Source: Basidiobolus meristosporus CBS 931.73
Taxonomy: Eukaryota > Fungi > Basidiobolomycota
Reading direction: 5' to 3'
Assembly: GCA_002104905.1 (NCBI GenBank)
Contig: MCFE01000049.1
Location: 62,001-126,000, forward strand
Length of the DNA stretch: 64,000 nt
Each line of letters begins with the position of its first letter. Within the stretch, counting starts at the first letter, position 1. Below are positions 1 through 13,900 of this stretch, one piece after another. Under the pieces are notes generated by a model, which ran no database searches, was not told where the DNA came from, and worked only from the letters and a program-made list of their open reading frames with translations. The translations under genes were made by a program, and so were the position numbers.

Positions 1-639
1 GCTCACACATACTGTCGAAGGCGATTTGCATCAGGACGCTGAAGTGTAAGCATTTCAGAGCTGCGCAGATGTTTCATTTTCCGGTAATCGAGGTTTCAAT
101 GGCTATTAAAAGAATAGCTTGCTCCTCGATCTAAATGGTCACATTAGTGCATGCCTTTCCAATGGGGCAAGGATGATTTAGACCGCCGACCAATTGGGTG
201 GCGGCTGAGTGAAACCCCCACCCATGATCACCGGTTTTCAGACTGGTATCCAATACCTTGAATATTTCTAGCGGTGCGCTACAAATGGAGCAGCAAAAAC
301 CCATCATTGCCAAAAATTATGGTTTGACATGTCGAATGGATGATCTATGATGCTTTCTCTCCCATTGGTGTAATTGGCATTCCAAATCCGTCAAATGGCA
401 TGGTTTTAACCAAAATATTCTTACTCATTTGTATCAAAACGGCAAGTGAAGGAATGTGATCAATGATGTGGTTGCTTTATATCAATTCCTACTTGCGAGT
501 CTTGTGATCAACACTATTGCAATCAGCTGCCAGGCACCCTTATATAAGCCGGTTCTCTTTCACGATGTCGAGTATTCCCACCACCATCGCATCCTTTTCC
601 ATATTCTCCGAACCTCATAAAGCCCTACTATTCTAAACC

Positions 640-882
640 ATGGAAGATTTGAACATCAGCACTCGCGCCAGCACTGGATACATCCGGGCTTCGCTTGGGC
701 ACATTTTCGGCGATGATCAGCTAATCGCCCAAGGCCGCTCGTTAGTCTCGCAGGCCCAAACAGAATTTGTAGCGGCCAAAGATGCCGAGAAGCGCCGATA
801 CTCAATGGAGGTTGAGCAGATGAAGCCCGGCACACCATCCCATAGCGTTGTAGCCGAGACCAACTCCTTGATTTCTGCCTGA
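640..882 (+). CDS. Small 80-aa protein, possibly CsbD-like/Hmp1-like fungal stress protein
   Basis: ATG-initiated ORF ~100 bp downstream of TATATAA (541-547). The segment GYIRASLGHIFGDDQLIAQGRSLVSQAQTE resembles the CsbD-like repeat pattern. Family call is by recall only. Confidence 0.4.
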   Translation: MEDLNISTRASTGYIRASLGHIFGDDQLIAQGRSLVSQAQTEFVAAKDAEKRRYSMEVEQMKPGTPSHSVVAETNSLISA

Positions 883-2198
883 TCACACCATCCTCGCTCA
901 CAAGGGTCAACCATATGTCGGAGTAGTTTAATTCTTAATCAAAAACGCTTTATGTAAATTCTTACCTCTTCACTCTCGCAACAACCCCTCTGCTCTGTGG
1001 TTACCTCTTGGATACTGCTACCGTACTCATAGCACATGTATGCTGTAGTCTCATTACGATGTATATAGATTGGTTCCCGGTCCTTAAATAAACCACACGT
1101 CATCCAGGAGTCTCTTGATTGCCAAGTATTGCACAGCATAAATGATTAACCAACTCGCTGTCTAGTTCAGTCGCATGAAAGTCAGCTCGGCTATTGTTGG
1201 TCCAAGGCATCCAATTTCATCAGATAATCTGCCCGAAACATGAACGGCGTTTCGCCACGGAGGATTGTTTGATTGGCCGCTGCCAAGGCCGGGCAATCAG
1301 TTTCTCAGTTGTGGGCAGTCTTGGTTTGTGGCATTCTGCGCCGCCCGCGAAGAGCCACTGTCCAACGCCCCAACAAATGGTTGCTGGACAGGCTTTTTCT
1401 GATAAAGTGCGAGGCTCACATCCCCAGAGCCAACGGTCTATATGAAGGTGAGGAGAGACCAATCTTCATGCTGTTGGGAATATCGCACTGTATACCCAGT
1501 ATTTAGCCTGAGCATACCGAATGCTTAGGTGTTCTTTTGTCAGCTACGCCAGAGCGGCCACCAAGATTTCTTGACTATTTGTAATGCTCATGTTGCCACC
1601 AGTTGCTATTACTAAGAGGGCCAGATCATGGAGCTACTGCGATGGGCTGGCATCTTGAAGGGTATTGATTGATTAGTGAAAAAGCGAGCAACAATTCCCC
1701 AACCATCGAAGTGTGACCAATCCTTATATATTCTGTCGAGTCTTAATTTCCCCAGTATTTACCAAAGCTTGTATGCTCACGGCGATTTAGTTATCAACTC
1801 GATCTCCCGGTCAAGGTCAACTTAAATTATCAAGCATTCAGGTTACCTGGTATCACGGATACGCAGCCTGTTTTCCACCTCATGATCCCAGTCGCAGAAT
1901 CCACCAGAGTAGGGGATCTATTACAATTTGGATCATCCGAAAATAATGGTTCTACAATGGTTCATTAAATTAAAGCGTCGGTTACGATTATCCCTGATAA
2001 GACCGACTCGTACTTAAGTCTGTTATCGCAGTTCATTACCCTTTTGCGGAATACTTTCCAGGCAAACCAAAGTCAATAACTCTCCCTTCCGACTCGTTCG
2101 ACCTGGTCGCTCGTTATATAAAATACTACTAACTTGCTTAATATCTCGGTGACAGCCCACCACTATCCATTAATTCTATCACAAGCTAGTCTCGATAG

Positions 2199-3687
2199 GT
2201 GGCGTTTGAAATGTTGTTGGAGGTAGCTTCGTCAACCGCTAACAAACCTCTTAAAAAATCCCATCTTTTCATCGAATTAAATGATTTGCCCAAATTCGAA
2301 GTGCCGAGCTCTTTAACTTCGGAGGATGACGAATCGGCTCCACTTCGGGAGGTCACAACACTGAACACTCGTCCTCTCATACGCTCCCCTTTGATACGGT
2401 CAAGTTCGTTCCAAACCACAACCCACGCACCACAGAAAATGCTGGCTATGACCCCTCCACTACCCCGTTTTTCTCAGTCCGTACTCCCAAGGCCACGTAG
2501 CGAGGAGCAGGCGAAGGCCTCTTGTAACCTCTCAAGACAGGAGAAAATCAGCGCAAGAAAAGCTCTGAGCAATCTTGTTGCCTACGAGGATATGCATAAA
2601 ATCATCGAGATCGAGTATATGTTCATGAACGGAAGGGTAGGCTTCAGTATCTCCTATGCTTTGCTGCTGTCCAGCTTGTGCTTACTTTGGTATAGTCCCT
2701 ATTTCATCCAGGACGCATATTCGTCAAGGAAGGGGAGTTGTTGAAAGATACTGGAAAGGCTGCTTCCCCCAGACACTTCTTTCTATTCACTGATGCGCTG
2801 GTGTACGGGACTCCTACAAATACATCGAAATCCTGTGGATATCTTGACAATCAAACTATCATCAGTCTCGCATACGCCAAGGTTGAGTCTGTATGTCAGA
2901 GTACGTCCCAAAATGATGATTTTCCATGGAATGACCACCATTATTAACCTTGCCAACGATGCCAACAGAGAAATGTGTTCTTCGCCTGTATACTAAAAAG
3001 GAGGCATTCAGTGTTATTGCATCGTCCGAGATGGAATACACTTCGTGGTTCCATGCCTTGCAGAACTCCATCGCTTGTCATAAAACCAAGATCGAAACTG
3101 AGGCCAAGAAAAGACGGATGGCTGCCATTAAGAACGGAAAGAGAAGATCCAGTTTTTCGTTAGACATGAACCTCTGGCGCACCATTAAAAGTGTTAGCAA
3201 TATCAAGGATGATCACGGGGATCGATCCTCCGATAGTTCACGTAGCACCTGGAGCGAGAGCCAGAGGAAGTGCAGCGTTAGTAGCTCGAGTAGTGTATCT
3301 TCCATCGTAAATAGCGACTCATGGGTGCCAGATCAAGACGCATCTTTATGTATGTCGTGCAAGGTAACCAAGTTTAGTTTGATGGTTCGAAGACATCATT
3401 GTAGGCTTTGCGGTCGAGTAATATGCTGGAAATGCTCCCACCTCCAAGAAAACATCGAGCCGTCCGGGAAGCTTATTCGGATATGCCAGGATTGCTGGAC
3501 GTGGAAGGCGGTCGGTGCCGTTATTTCACATGGGGAGAATGTTGAGAACCCACACTTTTCCCAGGTAGAAACCAAGTCGGTGATCCGAGGATTTGAACCC
3601 GATGTTTCCTCCGCAAAGGACGCGCCCAACTGTCGGAATAGTTTCGATTCAAGCAGCAGCGAGTTCTTTGTCGAGTCCCCAGAGTAG
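2199..3687 (+). CDS. PH + FYVE domain protein (phafin/PLEKHF- or FGD-like), 3 exons
   Basis: Intron 2637-2695 joins ...MNGR to SLFHPGRIFVKEGELLK...RHFFLFTDALVYG (PH start). A second intron (~2891/2901-2968/2970) leads to KCVLRLYTKKEAFSVIASSEMEYTSWFHAL (PH end). FYVE motif WVPD...CMSC...RRHHCRLCGRVICWKCS...RICQDC. Confidence 0.85.
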
Positions 3688-4206
3688 GGCTTCGACCACA
3701 GGCAGCATTCTTCTGCATGTTTCCGGAACTCCTCTGCTGCACTTTGGCATAATTCGAACTGTCGACGAGCTGGACTCTTTGTTCAAGTCAGGAAGAACCT
3801 CTCGTTTTTATAAATAATCTTGTGTATATATACATTTTGGTTTGCCTTAATGTTGGTACCAGAGCTGCCAGGTTCTCGTGTAATCCTTAGGGCAAACATA
3901 CAAACTGGCTGAAAGGTGATTCACTTGGCCATCATTCTATTAGTTATCCTTGTTTCTTTACACAAGTAATTGCTCTTCTATATATTCTAAGCACTGTACC
4001 TCCATCAGTATATTAAAAGCCACATTGCTCTTTCAATCATGCAGGACATGTCACTCGTTTGCAAAGAATCCACACTACCCTGAGAATCAGACGGTTCAGA
4101 TGTCCAGGTAGTGCCGCTTTATTCCTTTGAAAATAATGAACTGCTGATGGTTTCAATTTCATACAAAATAATCATCAGCGGTTAGCTTTTATTAGACTTG
4201 GCCGCC

Positions 4207-5687
4207 CTATTTCCTGTTGTACGGCTCAAGGATCATCAAGGCTTTTCTCAAGTTCTCCACTGCAGTCTTCACGTCATCGTACTCAAGGGCACTAATGGCG
4301 AATCTTGAATGCTTTTGTGCTGTAGAGATGGCTTTCGGGTCAATGTCCAGCTTTGTGTACATGTCTTGGCTCGGCTCTTGGCGATACTGTTGTGGTTGCT
4401 GTTGGTAAGGCTGCTGCGGAGGCTGAAACGAGGGTTGTGGTTGATAATCTGGCTGAGCTGGTCTCATGTTGTACCCATAGGGGTCATTGGAGGGGTAGTG
4501 CGAGCTTCCTGAGTTGAAGTTGGGCCCGGTTTCGGGATTCGAGTTGTGTGGGGAGTTGTTCATGTGTTGATTACCATAGGGGTCGGATGGTTCGTTGAAA
4601 TCATTTCGCCCAAAGCTGGTTTGGCCTTGATCGTATGACGACTGAGAGGAGGGGCCATCGTGGCTTACATGACCTGGCAAGTTGCTAGGGAATTCAGGGA
4701 AAGATGGGAAGTTTTGTGGAGGTGACTGGTAAGGGCTAGGGTTGGAGTTAAGGTTGTTGAACTCTTGCTTGTTGGTTTCATCAAATGGTGATTGGCTTGG
4801 AGGTGCTGTAGGTGAGTTGAAGTTTTGTTGGTCATGTTGGTCAAACTGAGGAGGGAAGTTTGGTGGCGCTGGGAAGTCCTGAATCTTTGGCACACTATCA
4901 TCGGCAGTTGGAGATTCGTTGATGCTTGCATCTTCATTCATATCATTAGTAGGCTCCCACCCAGGTGGTCCAGGATGCGGAGTTCTTCCTTCCTTCAGAG
5001 CTTTCATGATGTCTGTAGCCTTCCATTTGGAATATTTGATCTTTTCCTCAATCTAAATAACAAGTACCGCTAGTTTAGGTGATGCACTCTGATACTACGC
5101 TTACGGTTCCTGTACCTCAGGATCAATCTCGCCAAAAATCTTTAACAACTCAAGGAAGATAGAGGCAGCGAGGAAAGTTTTAACGGTTTTTCTAGTGGGA
5201 AGGGTTAAAAGTCAAACTTGCTGGGAACCTGATCATTCAAGGCATACGTACTTGCTGGCCTTTCCTGCTCGATCTTCGTTATCTGCATTCAGGAACACCT
5301 TTACAGCGAAACTTTCGATGTAAGCCTTTCCTATGTCATCGTCGTTGACTGCTTCATTGTCGCCGAGAGATCTCTTTTCCTTTGTTAGGAAGCGCCGGTT
5401 AGCTATTGTGATGATGAAGCGAGGGCAAATCGTGATCCTTACTTGCTCCAGGTTATCGAGCAGAGTGACCAAAAACAATTGGCACTCCTTATCCTTTGCC
5501 CCCTTGGCAATGGCAAGTTTGGCAGCATAGTAATTACCTAAAGTAAAAAAGATGAGAAAAACTTGCACGCAAAATTTAAGTCAGAGTTCTTACAATAGTA
5601 GGCGATGACGGGTTCATGATTTTTGAGCTCTTTGGACCGTTGATAGTAGGGAGTAATAAACCTTAATGCTTCAGGTACGTTCTCCAT
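4207..5687 (-). CDS. VTA1: ESCRT/Vps4 cofactor Vta1 (N-terminal MIT domains, P/Q/N-rich linker, C-terminal VSL domain), multi-exon
   Basis: ATG at 5687 gives MENVPEALRFITPYYQRSKELKNHEPVIAYY. Later exons give YAAKLAIAKG...FLVTLLDNLE and AYIESFAVKVFLNADNEDRAG. C-terminus AISTAQKHSRFAISALEYDDVKTAVENLRKAL is the VSL motif. Confidence 0.93.
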
Positions 5688-6443
5688 TATATTAGTTTTC
5701 GAGTTGAGCTTGCTGTGCTGGACTTGTTCGCAAAGCCAGTATTACCATGACAAGTAGATGCATGACTTCATGGATCATCGAATTGTGATTGGGCATATGC
5801 AGGAAATGCCTGATCTGTACATATATATGGAAAAGCCGAAAGAAATATTGGTGAATATGTACGTTTATATCTCCATGGTAGATCGGGATTTCCGGCTTTA
5901 TCGGTAATTTCTCCCCAGTAATTATGGCTTTCAGGGCAATGTATCTACTCCGGTGGATTGCAGATGAGGATCGCAAGAGATTGAATAGATGCCGCACGAG
6001 CAGCTGCTGGTGTTGATTTAAACTTGCATTTGCTCGGGACGTTGCGGTCGAAATGGAGCTACGTAGGTGCGATGTTCTGGGAGTCTCACTCAAGATATCG
6101 GGGAATGTAAGAACTCGACGGCAATAAAGACTGTGTGCAACGCTGGTTCAGCTTCTGGTTTGGAAAGTTTAATTAGACATAGAATTGGTTATATATAAAG
6201 ATAGTATGCTATATCATGAGCCAAGTGGATTTCAAGTTACCGAGTCTCGTATTATAAATTGGGATATATATCGGAGTGCAGGGAACACATTCATGTTGCC
6301 AAGCACCCGAGGTGATAAATTTCAGTGACAAAATGATAAACTATGCTTGGTTTCAAAAGTCTATAGGGATTTCGAAGATAGCCGGATGATAGGGTGGAAT
6401 GATCTGAGATAAATACAGAGATGGTGCTGTTGAATTGGTGAAA

Positions 6444-9400
6444 TCACACTTCAATGATGTGATTTTCGTAGGAGTTCATGTCTCCCCAATAGGGATTGAC
6501 AACGACTCCTTCGAGGTCACATCTAAAAAGAGAGATATACTGGTCTTCTCCACCAACCGCCAATATTGTTCGGTGAGGATGGAATGCCACCGACGAGATG
6601 GGGACCACGCGTTGGGATAGTATGCCTGTGTAATGCCTGATCGTGCTAAGGTTGGTGCCTCCCGCATTCCAAACCTTTAAAGATTGGTTGGAGCTTCCAC
6701 TATACGAGTTGAAGTTACGTTAGCGAACAATGCTCATGGAAATCCAAGGACCACATATATCTCGTACCTAGCAAATACGGGAGCATGCTCATGCACCGCC
6801 AACGCAGTTAGTTCTTGCGTATGTGCTTCGATGGTGAAAATGGATGCTGGATGCCGAATGTCCCAAAGTTTAATATCTCCCGCTACACTGTCGCCATCCA
6901 AAAGGTTTAGTACCATCACAGTTGGATGGGGTTTCTAGAGGGGCTTACCTGCCGGAGACAAGCTCTCTATTCCCACCATGTTGCATGTGGACGTTGACAA
7001 CCCAGCCAGCATGTTCGCGCCAACACATCACCATGCTATCAATATCTGTTAATCACGCTGCGAGGAAACCCCACCGGAAGAAGTCGAACCAAACCTGTCT
7101 CTGGGTTCCAACCGCCTATCGTAGACCCGTACGGTGCCGTCGCCAAAGCCACCTACAATAATGTCTCCAGCGATTTTCTCACTTGTCAAGCTGGTGACAC
7201 AACTTCCAGACCTTGACGGTAGCTCGATAGTGCACGTTTCCCGCGCCGCATCCCAAATCTTGATGCTTTTAACATCTCCGCTTGCAAGCAAGGTTCCTCG
7301 GGATTGCTGCCAGTCCAGGATCACTCCGCTACCACGATTACTTGGGAGCATTTCTGGTAAAGCTCTCCAAGCAGATACCACCTGCATCTCATCGGAATCA
7401 TAGTTTTTGTAAACCCGGACAAGCCCGTCACTTGATCCTGTAACAAGAAGTGCGCTATCTTCCTCGTTGATGATTTTGGTCGATGTGACCGATCTACGGC
7501 TCTTCCCGTTCGCGAAATAGTTGATTCTTTGCTTAGTTTCCCAGTCCCAAACACCAATGGCACCCTTGCTGTCCGAAACTACCAAATGGTTCTCGAACTG
7601 GTGGAAAAGTAAAGAGGTTGGCTGAGAGTCGGTATACATGGTTCCTAAGGATGTCTCCCACTTGCTAGTGCCAGCATGCTCACTAAGGGGATGACTTTCG
7701 AAGATGACTTTTTCATTTCTCGTTCTGCGCCATAAGCGCTCATTGTAGTTAATGCTACCTGGCTCATCAGCTTCGGCTGGCCGCATTTGAGGCTCAGCAA
7801 AGTATTCCCGACACCAATTGTAAAAGTCTGAGCGAAGGGGAAGAGATATTCTTTCGTAGGGATCGTTTCCTCGGATGCTGGTCCCGTTTTCATCTTCCGG
7901 TCCAAATCCATCTAAGCGCGTGAAGGATTCATTTCTATGGGTGAAGGAACGTTTCATCTGGCCTTTGTGGGTGGTGTCGCTTGGGTTTCCGTTTGAAGAA
8001 AGCTCGGTTGTCGTGCCTGCCATATACCCCAGCGCCTTTAATGAGAACGAAGCGGACCGTTTTAGAGTCGAGGTGATTTTCAAACTTAACGGCCTATTTC
8101 CGTTAGTTTGCAGTCCGTTCGATAAATTTTCAGACCCAGGCGCGGTGCCGGTCATGCCATTACCAAAACCGCCACTTCCAGAGCTGTTGGGCGGAGGTAG
8201 ATGCAAAAGAGAAGATGCTGCTGCCTCGGACATGGAGGAATTGATGAGCTGATAATGTACATAGTCTACTATCTTGATAGCATGCGTGGAGACATCAACA
8301 TGGGGATCAACGGATAGATTGAGAAGGGCCTTCCAGACACACGTGTAGGCAGAGCTATGACTGGCGGAGCGGAACATATGTTCAGGAAGGCTTCTTCGAT
8401 CTGAACGGCCGCGTTGCAATATCCGTTCGTCAATGGTCTGAGATGACTGCTTCCGATCTTCTTCAACCAAGTCATAGGCGATCTGCAGGGTGATGCTTAA
8501 ATACTCGTTAACAACGCTAGAGAGGGCAATTACTAGCTCGCGACGGACCATTGGAGATCCATCGTTAGTAGTGGTCAGCATAGCAATGGCGATGTTATGC
8601 TCAATATTAACAATCTGCTCGGTCTTGTCCAAATCCCCAATAAAGAGTCCGAGAGCATAAATAGCAGCTGATCTGACTTCAGGAACGGGATCCGACAGCA
8701 ATGCGCAGAGCTTTTCGTGGGCGTTTTCGCGCACACCTAGCCATTTAGCATCGGCATAACCGGCCCACTGCTGGCCAATACATAAGCAAGACCACTGCCT
8801 TAGCAGTGGGTCTTCGTCCGTTAGGTGGGCCAGACATAGAGTAAGGACACGGCTCCTGAGGCAGGCTTCCTTTCCAGGTTGGAAATCATTGCAGAGAACA
8901 CTCAGGATGAATGTGCACATGGCACGGTGTTCGGAGATGTTGGGGATAGGCGATATCTCGTTATCAATTGTCAACACTTGCACAAAGTAGTTGTAGCCAT
9001 CGTCCTTCAAAAGGTCGTTTTGACAGGACGAGTCCACAGCCAGAATCCTGGCCCATATGAATACAAGCAATGGTTTCAAATCTGCTGCGGGACTTTGAAG
9101 GAGCTTTAAAACATAAGGGAAAATCCCGACGGCAAGTGCTAGATCTACCGCCCACGGACCAAGGTCCAGGAATTTGCAGAGCAAAATAAGTGCCCGCAGG
9201 CGATGGCCTTGACTAAGCAACACTTGGAGAAGGATGGGTAGCTGTTCAGGAGGATTTCTGGCGATAGACCCGTGGGTCAACCAAATCTCGAATGCGGTAA
9301 GCTGCTCGTTGAACAGTGTACTGGGTTTGTACTCAACCGGCGGCCCACCTTCCTCCATCGCCAACAACGCAGGCAATTGAGCCAGACACATGTCAACAGC

Positions 9401-10573
9401 AAAGTCCCAAGATTTCCAAAGCGGGTGTTGATGCGTCGATGGGAGTGGAGGCATTGACATTGGAGTACAGTTGTAAGAACGCATAATTCGATCGGCTAGC
9501 AAGAAATTTCTCAACATGGCCGCTACCATCATATCCTGCCTAAAGTATTTTTTAAAAAGATCGTGAGGAAGTACGCTCCAAGCAATTGTATCAGTGATCG
9601 CAGTAAATATCCAATTAAGCTCACCCAAAGGCGTTCTGCGATCGCTGAGTTTTCCGGGGGTTTTCAAAATCATCTCAGCATCCACATTGTTCAACAATGG
9701 ATTTTGCAAGATGAACCATTGCAAAGCGATCTGGATGGGGGTCGTTAAGCAGCAGGTAAAAAGATCTGCAGGGAGATCTGGGTTCATGGGAAGTATGTCG
9801 TTTGGACTACAGGCCGCTAGTTGTATGCAATCCGCCATCGGTGTGTAGGGAACATGGCCCAGTTTAGCGGCTTCTGAGTCACGTTGCTTAGCAAAGCGAT
9901 TGAATGACAGCAGTATATTTCCAGCAGATGAGCAATCGTAGACATACATACAAGGTGAACCAAGCCAAGATTGAAGGTCGTATAGTGTTAGAGGGATATA
10001 TTGGGTGTAGTTCTTATTGAACACCCAAATCTCACCGCTAGCAGTAGGCTTTGGAACCCCATGACCGTTGTAATGGAAAAGTACACGCTCCTCTTTAGCA
10101 TTTTTTCTCAAAGAGCCGCACAGTTTTTTGATATCTTCTACGCAAGGATCCAGCGAAAGCTTGTATCTAGCTCGTGGTTGCAGAGTTTCGTATTGCGTTT
10201 GGATGTTCCTTCCAATTGCCTCAAGAGCCTTCTGAGCAGGCAACGTAAAGGGATCAATCCACGCTTCTAGTTTGGCACAAGGATTGGTTTTGACAACGTC
10301 AGGTGGGTCTACTCCAATATTCAAGCACATCACAAGCGCGCAAGAGACAGTCTTGATTTTTTCTCGCATTCTCCAGTCATGTTCAATTATACCATGAGCA
10401 GGATGATCAGGGTTGACATTGGCGTTGTTTTCATGGCGTTTATCGGTATAATACATGTAACAAACATTTTCGTTTTTGTCTCCATCGCTCTCCTGATAAT
10501 CCCCGTTATGCACATCCGTTTGATATTGCTCCTCAAAACCGTGGCGAATAGTTTGCTCTACGGTGCTGTTCAT
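6444..10573 (-). CDS. KOG1: TORC1 subunit Raptor/Kog1 (RNC domain, HEAT repeats, WD40), ~4 exons
   Basis: RNC motifs LVMCLNIGVDPPDVVKTNPCAKLEAWIDP, ERVLFHYNGHGVPKP and PPEQLPILLQVLLSQGHRLRAL. Further WD40 exons MVMCWREHAGWVVNVHMQ, GDIKLWDIR and VAFHPHRTILAVGG; stop TGA at 6446-6444. First in-frame ATG (MNSTVEQ) at 10573. Confidence 0.97.
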
Positions 10574-10986
10574 CGTAGTCGCATGAGAATGCGTTAAAAG
10601 GCTCTTATTGTTCTTAAAGGAGAATACCAACTTTAATTTACGGTTTTTATAAAAAGCCAGCTTGGTAAATCACCACATGTAATCGTCAGTGTTCCATTAA
10701 ATATGGATATTGAATATGAGCAATCTACCATGTGAGTCTTGTGTAGAAGATAATTATGCATATTGACTTCTGGTGTTTTTCCCTGGTATCATGATCTTTA
10801 CCACGGGGTTGTATTATCATTGATATGATCATTACTACTGATTCATGGTAAACTATTTTGTTCGGAGAAGTTGATTGTTTGGATCAATCACAAATAAACA
10901 ACACGCTAAATTAAATGTGGAATCGTTGTTAGAACGCTTGTGTATCGCCGATAGAGGACTAACTGCAATATGAAGTTAAACGCTCC

Positions 10987-13900
10987 ATGGACAACTGTGA
11001 ATTATCAACTGGGCCAGTTGAAGTCGGGTTACCAAGACAATCTTCCAGAGATAGCAGAGGTACGGGAAATTCTGTTTCATGGCAATCTGGAAGATTTTGG
11101 CTGATTTTACTTGAAAGGCATGGAAGTCAGTTACTGAAAATGTTCAGCCTAACTGTTTACAAGTCTCTTGCAACGAAGCAAGTATGTAGTTGATCCCCTT
11201 TCTCTTGGGTGATATAGTTTCTTATTCATCCTACCTAGGCGCCCGTACGAAACTAGGGCCTGCAGTGAATACCTTACATAGCGGTGGCCTTGCTGGACGA
11301 CTCAAGGAGTGGTACTTTGGTGAGTGGATTGCACAACGATTAAAACTAGTTGGTGGTACATGCTGATTATGTACGTGCAGGTGTCGTATCTGAAGATTTT
11401 ACTCGATGCATTTCACCCTCTTTGTCCACATGGAGTCATAAGTCCTATGTAAGTAAGGCAGTTGGTGCCTTGCATAGCCATCCTTTCTAATGAGTTTCGA
11501 CCCTAAGCCTGAGGATGACCGAACTTTTGACGACGTCTCGCTCAACCTATTCATGGAGTTAACCAGTACACTTGTTACACGTTTTGAATTGTACTATTCA
11601 GGCTATCGCATTATCTCATTGAAGTATGCTGCATGCATTTTTGATCGCATTCCAGCGCTAACCCGTTTCCTAGTGAAAATGATGACCAGGCATTAACCAA
11701 ACTCCTACGCACCAAACTCAACTCGATTCTGCCCTCCAAATTCCAGAGAGAATGCGTTCTCTTCTTCAGAACGTGGTTTGAAAAATTCCGAAGATACGTC
11801 CGCCATCGACGTCGATTAGGACTCGGCATATGTCTGCAATGGTACGGTTACGATGAAAGATCGCCCCACACAGACCAGAACCACTCGCCGCAGCCGTCCG
11901 ATTCTGAAGACAGTGATGATGATGATGATGATGATGAGGGGCTTGTAGACGATTTTGAAAGAACTCTAGAGACCTCGAAAAAAGCTTGCGATCTTCTCTG
12001 CATCCTGGGTTTAGACCAGTTAATCGAGAATATCACTATTCCGATTCTACACGGGGAGATTGAGAAGATTGTGAACTCAAAGTGCAAAGGGGAATTCGAC
12101 CGCCCCCTGCTCTCTATCATACTCAAAGAGCTTAGCACAGTGATTCTGCCATGGCTTCGTCTCATTCTCACATGCCGAAAAGCCGATAGTAACGCCATTC
12201 ATGCTTTTCCGGAGAGAAGATAGGCACTAACCATCTCTCTTTAGATGTTGCTATGTCGATGGATTACATCAAGAGCAAGACGCGGTTAGAGTACTACATG
12301 TACAAATGCTTTAGCGACATGAGGTAATTCTGCACCCAAGCCGAAGCTTCGTGCACTTTCTTATCTTCCGTGTGTAGAATTGCCGAGCTCTTCGACATCA
12401 TCGTTGACTATCCTGACTCCGAGCCCGCACTGCACGATCTGAAAGTAAGTGCGCTCCCGAATGCATGTGCGGAAAGTTTGATTCTTATATGCTGGATAGA
12501 GCTGCATGCTGAAGGTTGACAGCCGAAGTTATCTAGTAACGAGCCTCGCCAATTCGTAAGTCGATGTCTTCAGTTGAATCTTTACGGGCTGGCTGCTGAC
12601 AAACCAACTGTTGCATGGTGTAGACTGCGGAAGCGTCTCTTGCACCCTGGTGCAAATACTTCTGATATTATTACGCAGTATGTCTCCAGCATCAAATGCC
12701 TCCGAATCCTGGATCCTCCGGGTGTCTTGATGCAAATGATCGTGGACCCCATCCGAAAGTACTTGAGGTTAGCTCTCCCGTTATGTTTGTACGCTTCTCA
12801 CGACTGAGGCTCTTTTGATGTTCGGTAGATGTCGGGAAGACACGATCCGGTGCATCATATCGGATCTGGTTGATGACACGAAGAACGAGTTGTTAGAAGA
12901 GTTGGAGCAAGGTGACGGAGTCATCATTCATGCATCTGACGACGAGGATGACGATTTCAACAACATGAATTGGGTTCCCGACCCTATCGACGCCGGACCA
13001 AGTACATGCCGATTATACTGCCGTTGATGATTGACACACTAACCGATGTGCTCGCTAGATTTCAAATCGGCCAGATCTCGTAACGCCGATATCATCAGCA
13101 TGCTCGTTAACATATACGACACGAAAGACGTGTTTGTCAAAGAGTTCCAGACCCTTCTTGCAGACCGACTTTTGTCCGTTCAGGAGTACGACACCGAGCG
13201 TGAGGTAGGCTTGTTTCGAGCATCCGTCCTCGCTATCCAGGCAACTAAGTGTCATTTAGATTCGCCATCTGGAGCTTCTCAAACTCAGGTTTGGAGAAGT
13301 CAGCCTCCAGTCGTGTGAGGTGATGATCAAAGATATAACCGACTCCAAGCGAGTTGACCATGCCATCCATGCGGATGAACGGTTCAATGAAAACGTAAGC
13401 AGCGAATGTTCCAACCCGAATTGCCCTGGTAGTTGACCCAGTTTGCTCTCTAGATCTCCATCCATGCCACTATTCTGTCCCGGCTATTCTGGCCGAACTT
13501 CCGATCGGAAGATGTTTACCTCCCTGCGGAGTTCACAGAGTACGTGCCTTGACGCGCCTGGCTGGCTCATTGCTTTGGTACTCACTGGGTATTTCCTCGA
13601 CAGGCAATTGGCGGCGTACGAATCAACCTTTGAGAAGCTAAAACCCTCCAGAAAGCTGATCTGGTTGAATCACCTGGGAACAGTCGACTTGGAGCTGGAG
13701 TTGAAAGATAGGACTCTTGCGTTGAATGTGTCACCCGCTTATGCGGCGATCATATGGCACTTCCAGGACAAAGGTACCGAAAGATGCTTTAAAGCGTACA
13801 GTCGACATCAGGTCAGAGAATTGATCCAATCCACCCCATCCTATACTAGACACCTGGGAGCTTGCGGAGCTAGCACAGGAGCTGCAGTCTACGCCCAACA

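Noticed and set aside
131-313. 60-aa minus-strand ORF and an alternative plus-strand frame (WGKDDLDRRPIGWRLSE…)
   Set aside because: No recognisable motif or clear exon structure; may be a window-edge gene fragment but cannot be supported.
939-2100. Several 65-85 aa overlapping ORFs between the small ORF and the PH-FYVE gene
   Set aside because: Short, on conflicting strands and without motifs; consistent with chance ORFs in intergenic DNA.
5692-6093. 133-aa ORF ending 5 bp before the VTA1 start
   Set aside because: Non-ATG start, no homology I recognise, and it overlaps the expected VTA1 promoter/5' UTR. A small spliced gene on the other strand cannot be excluded.
7134-10597. Many antisense and alternate-frame ORFs over KOG1 (and similarly over VTA1 and APC2)
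   Set aside because: Shadows of long coding exons.
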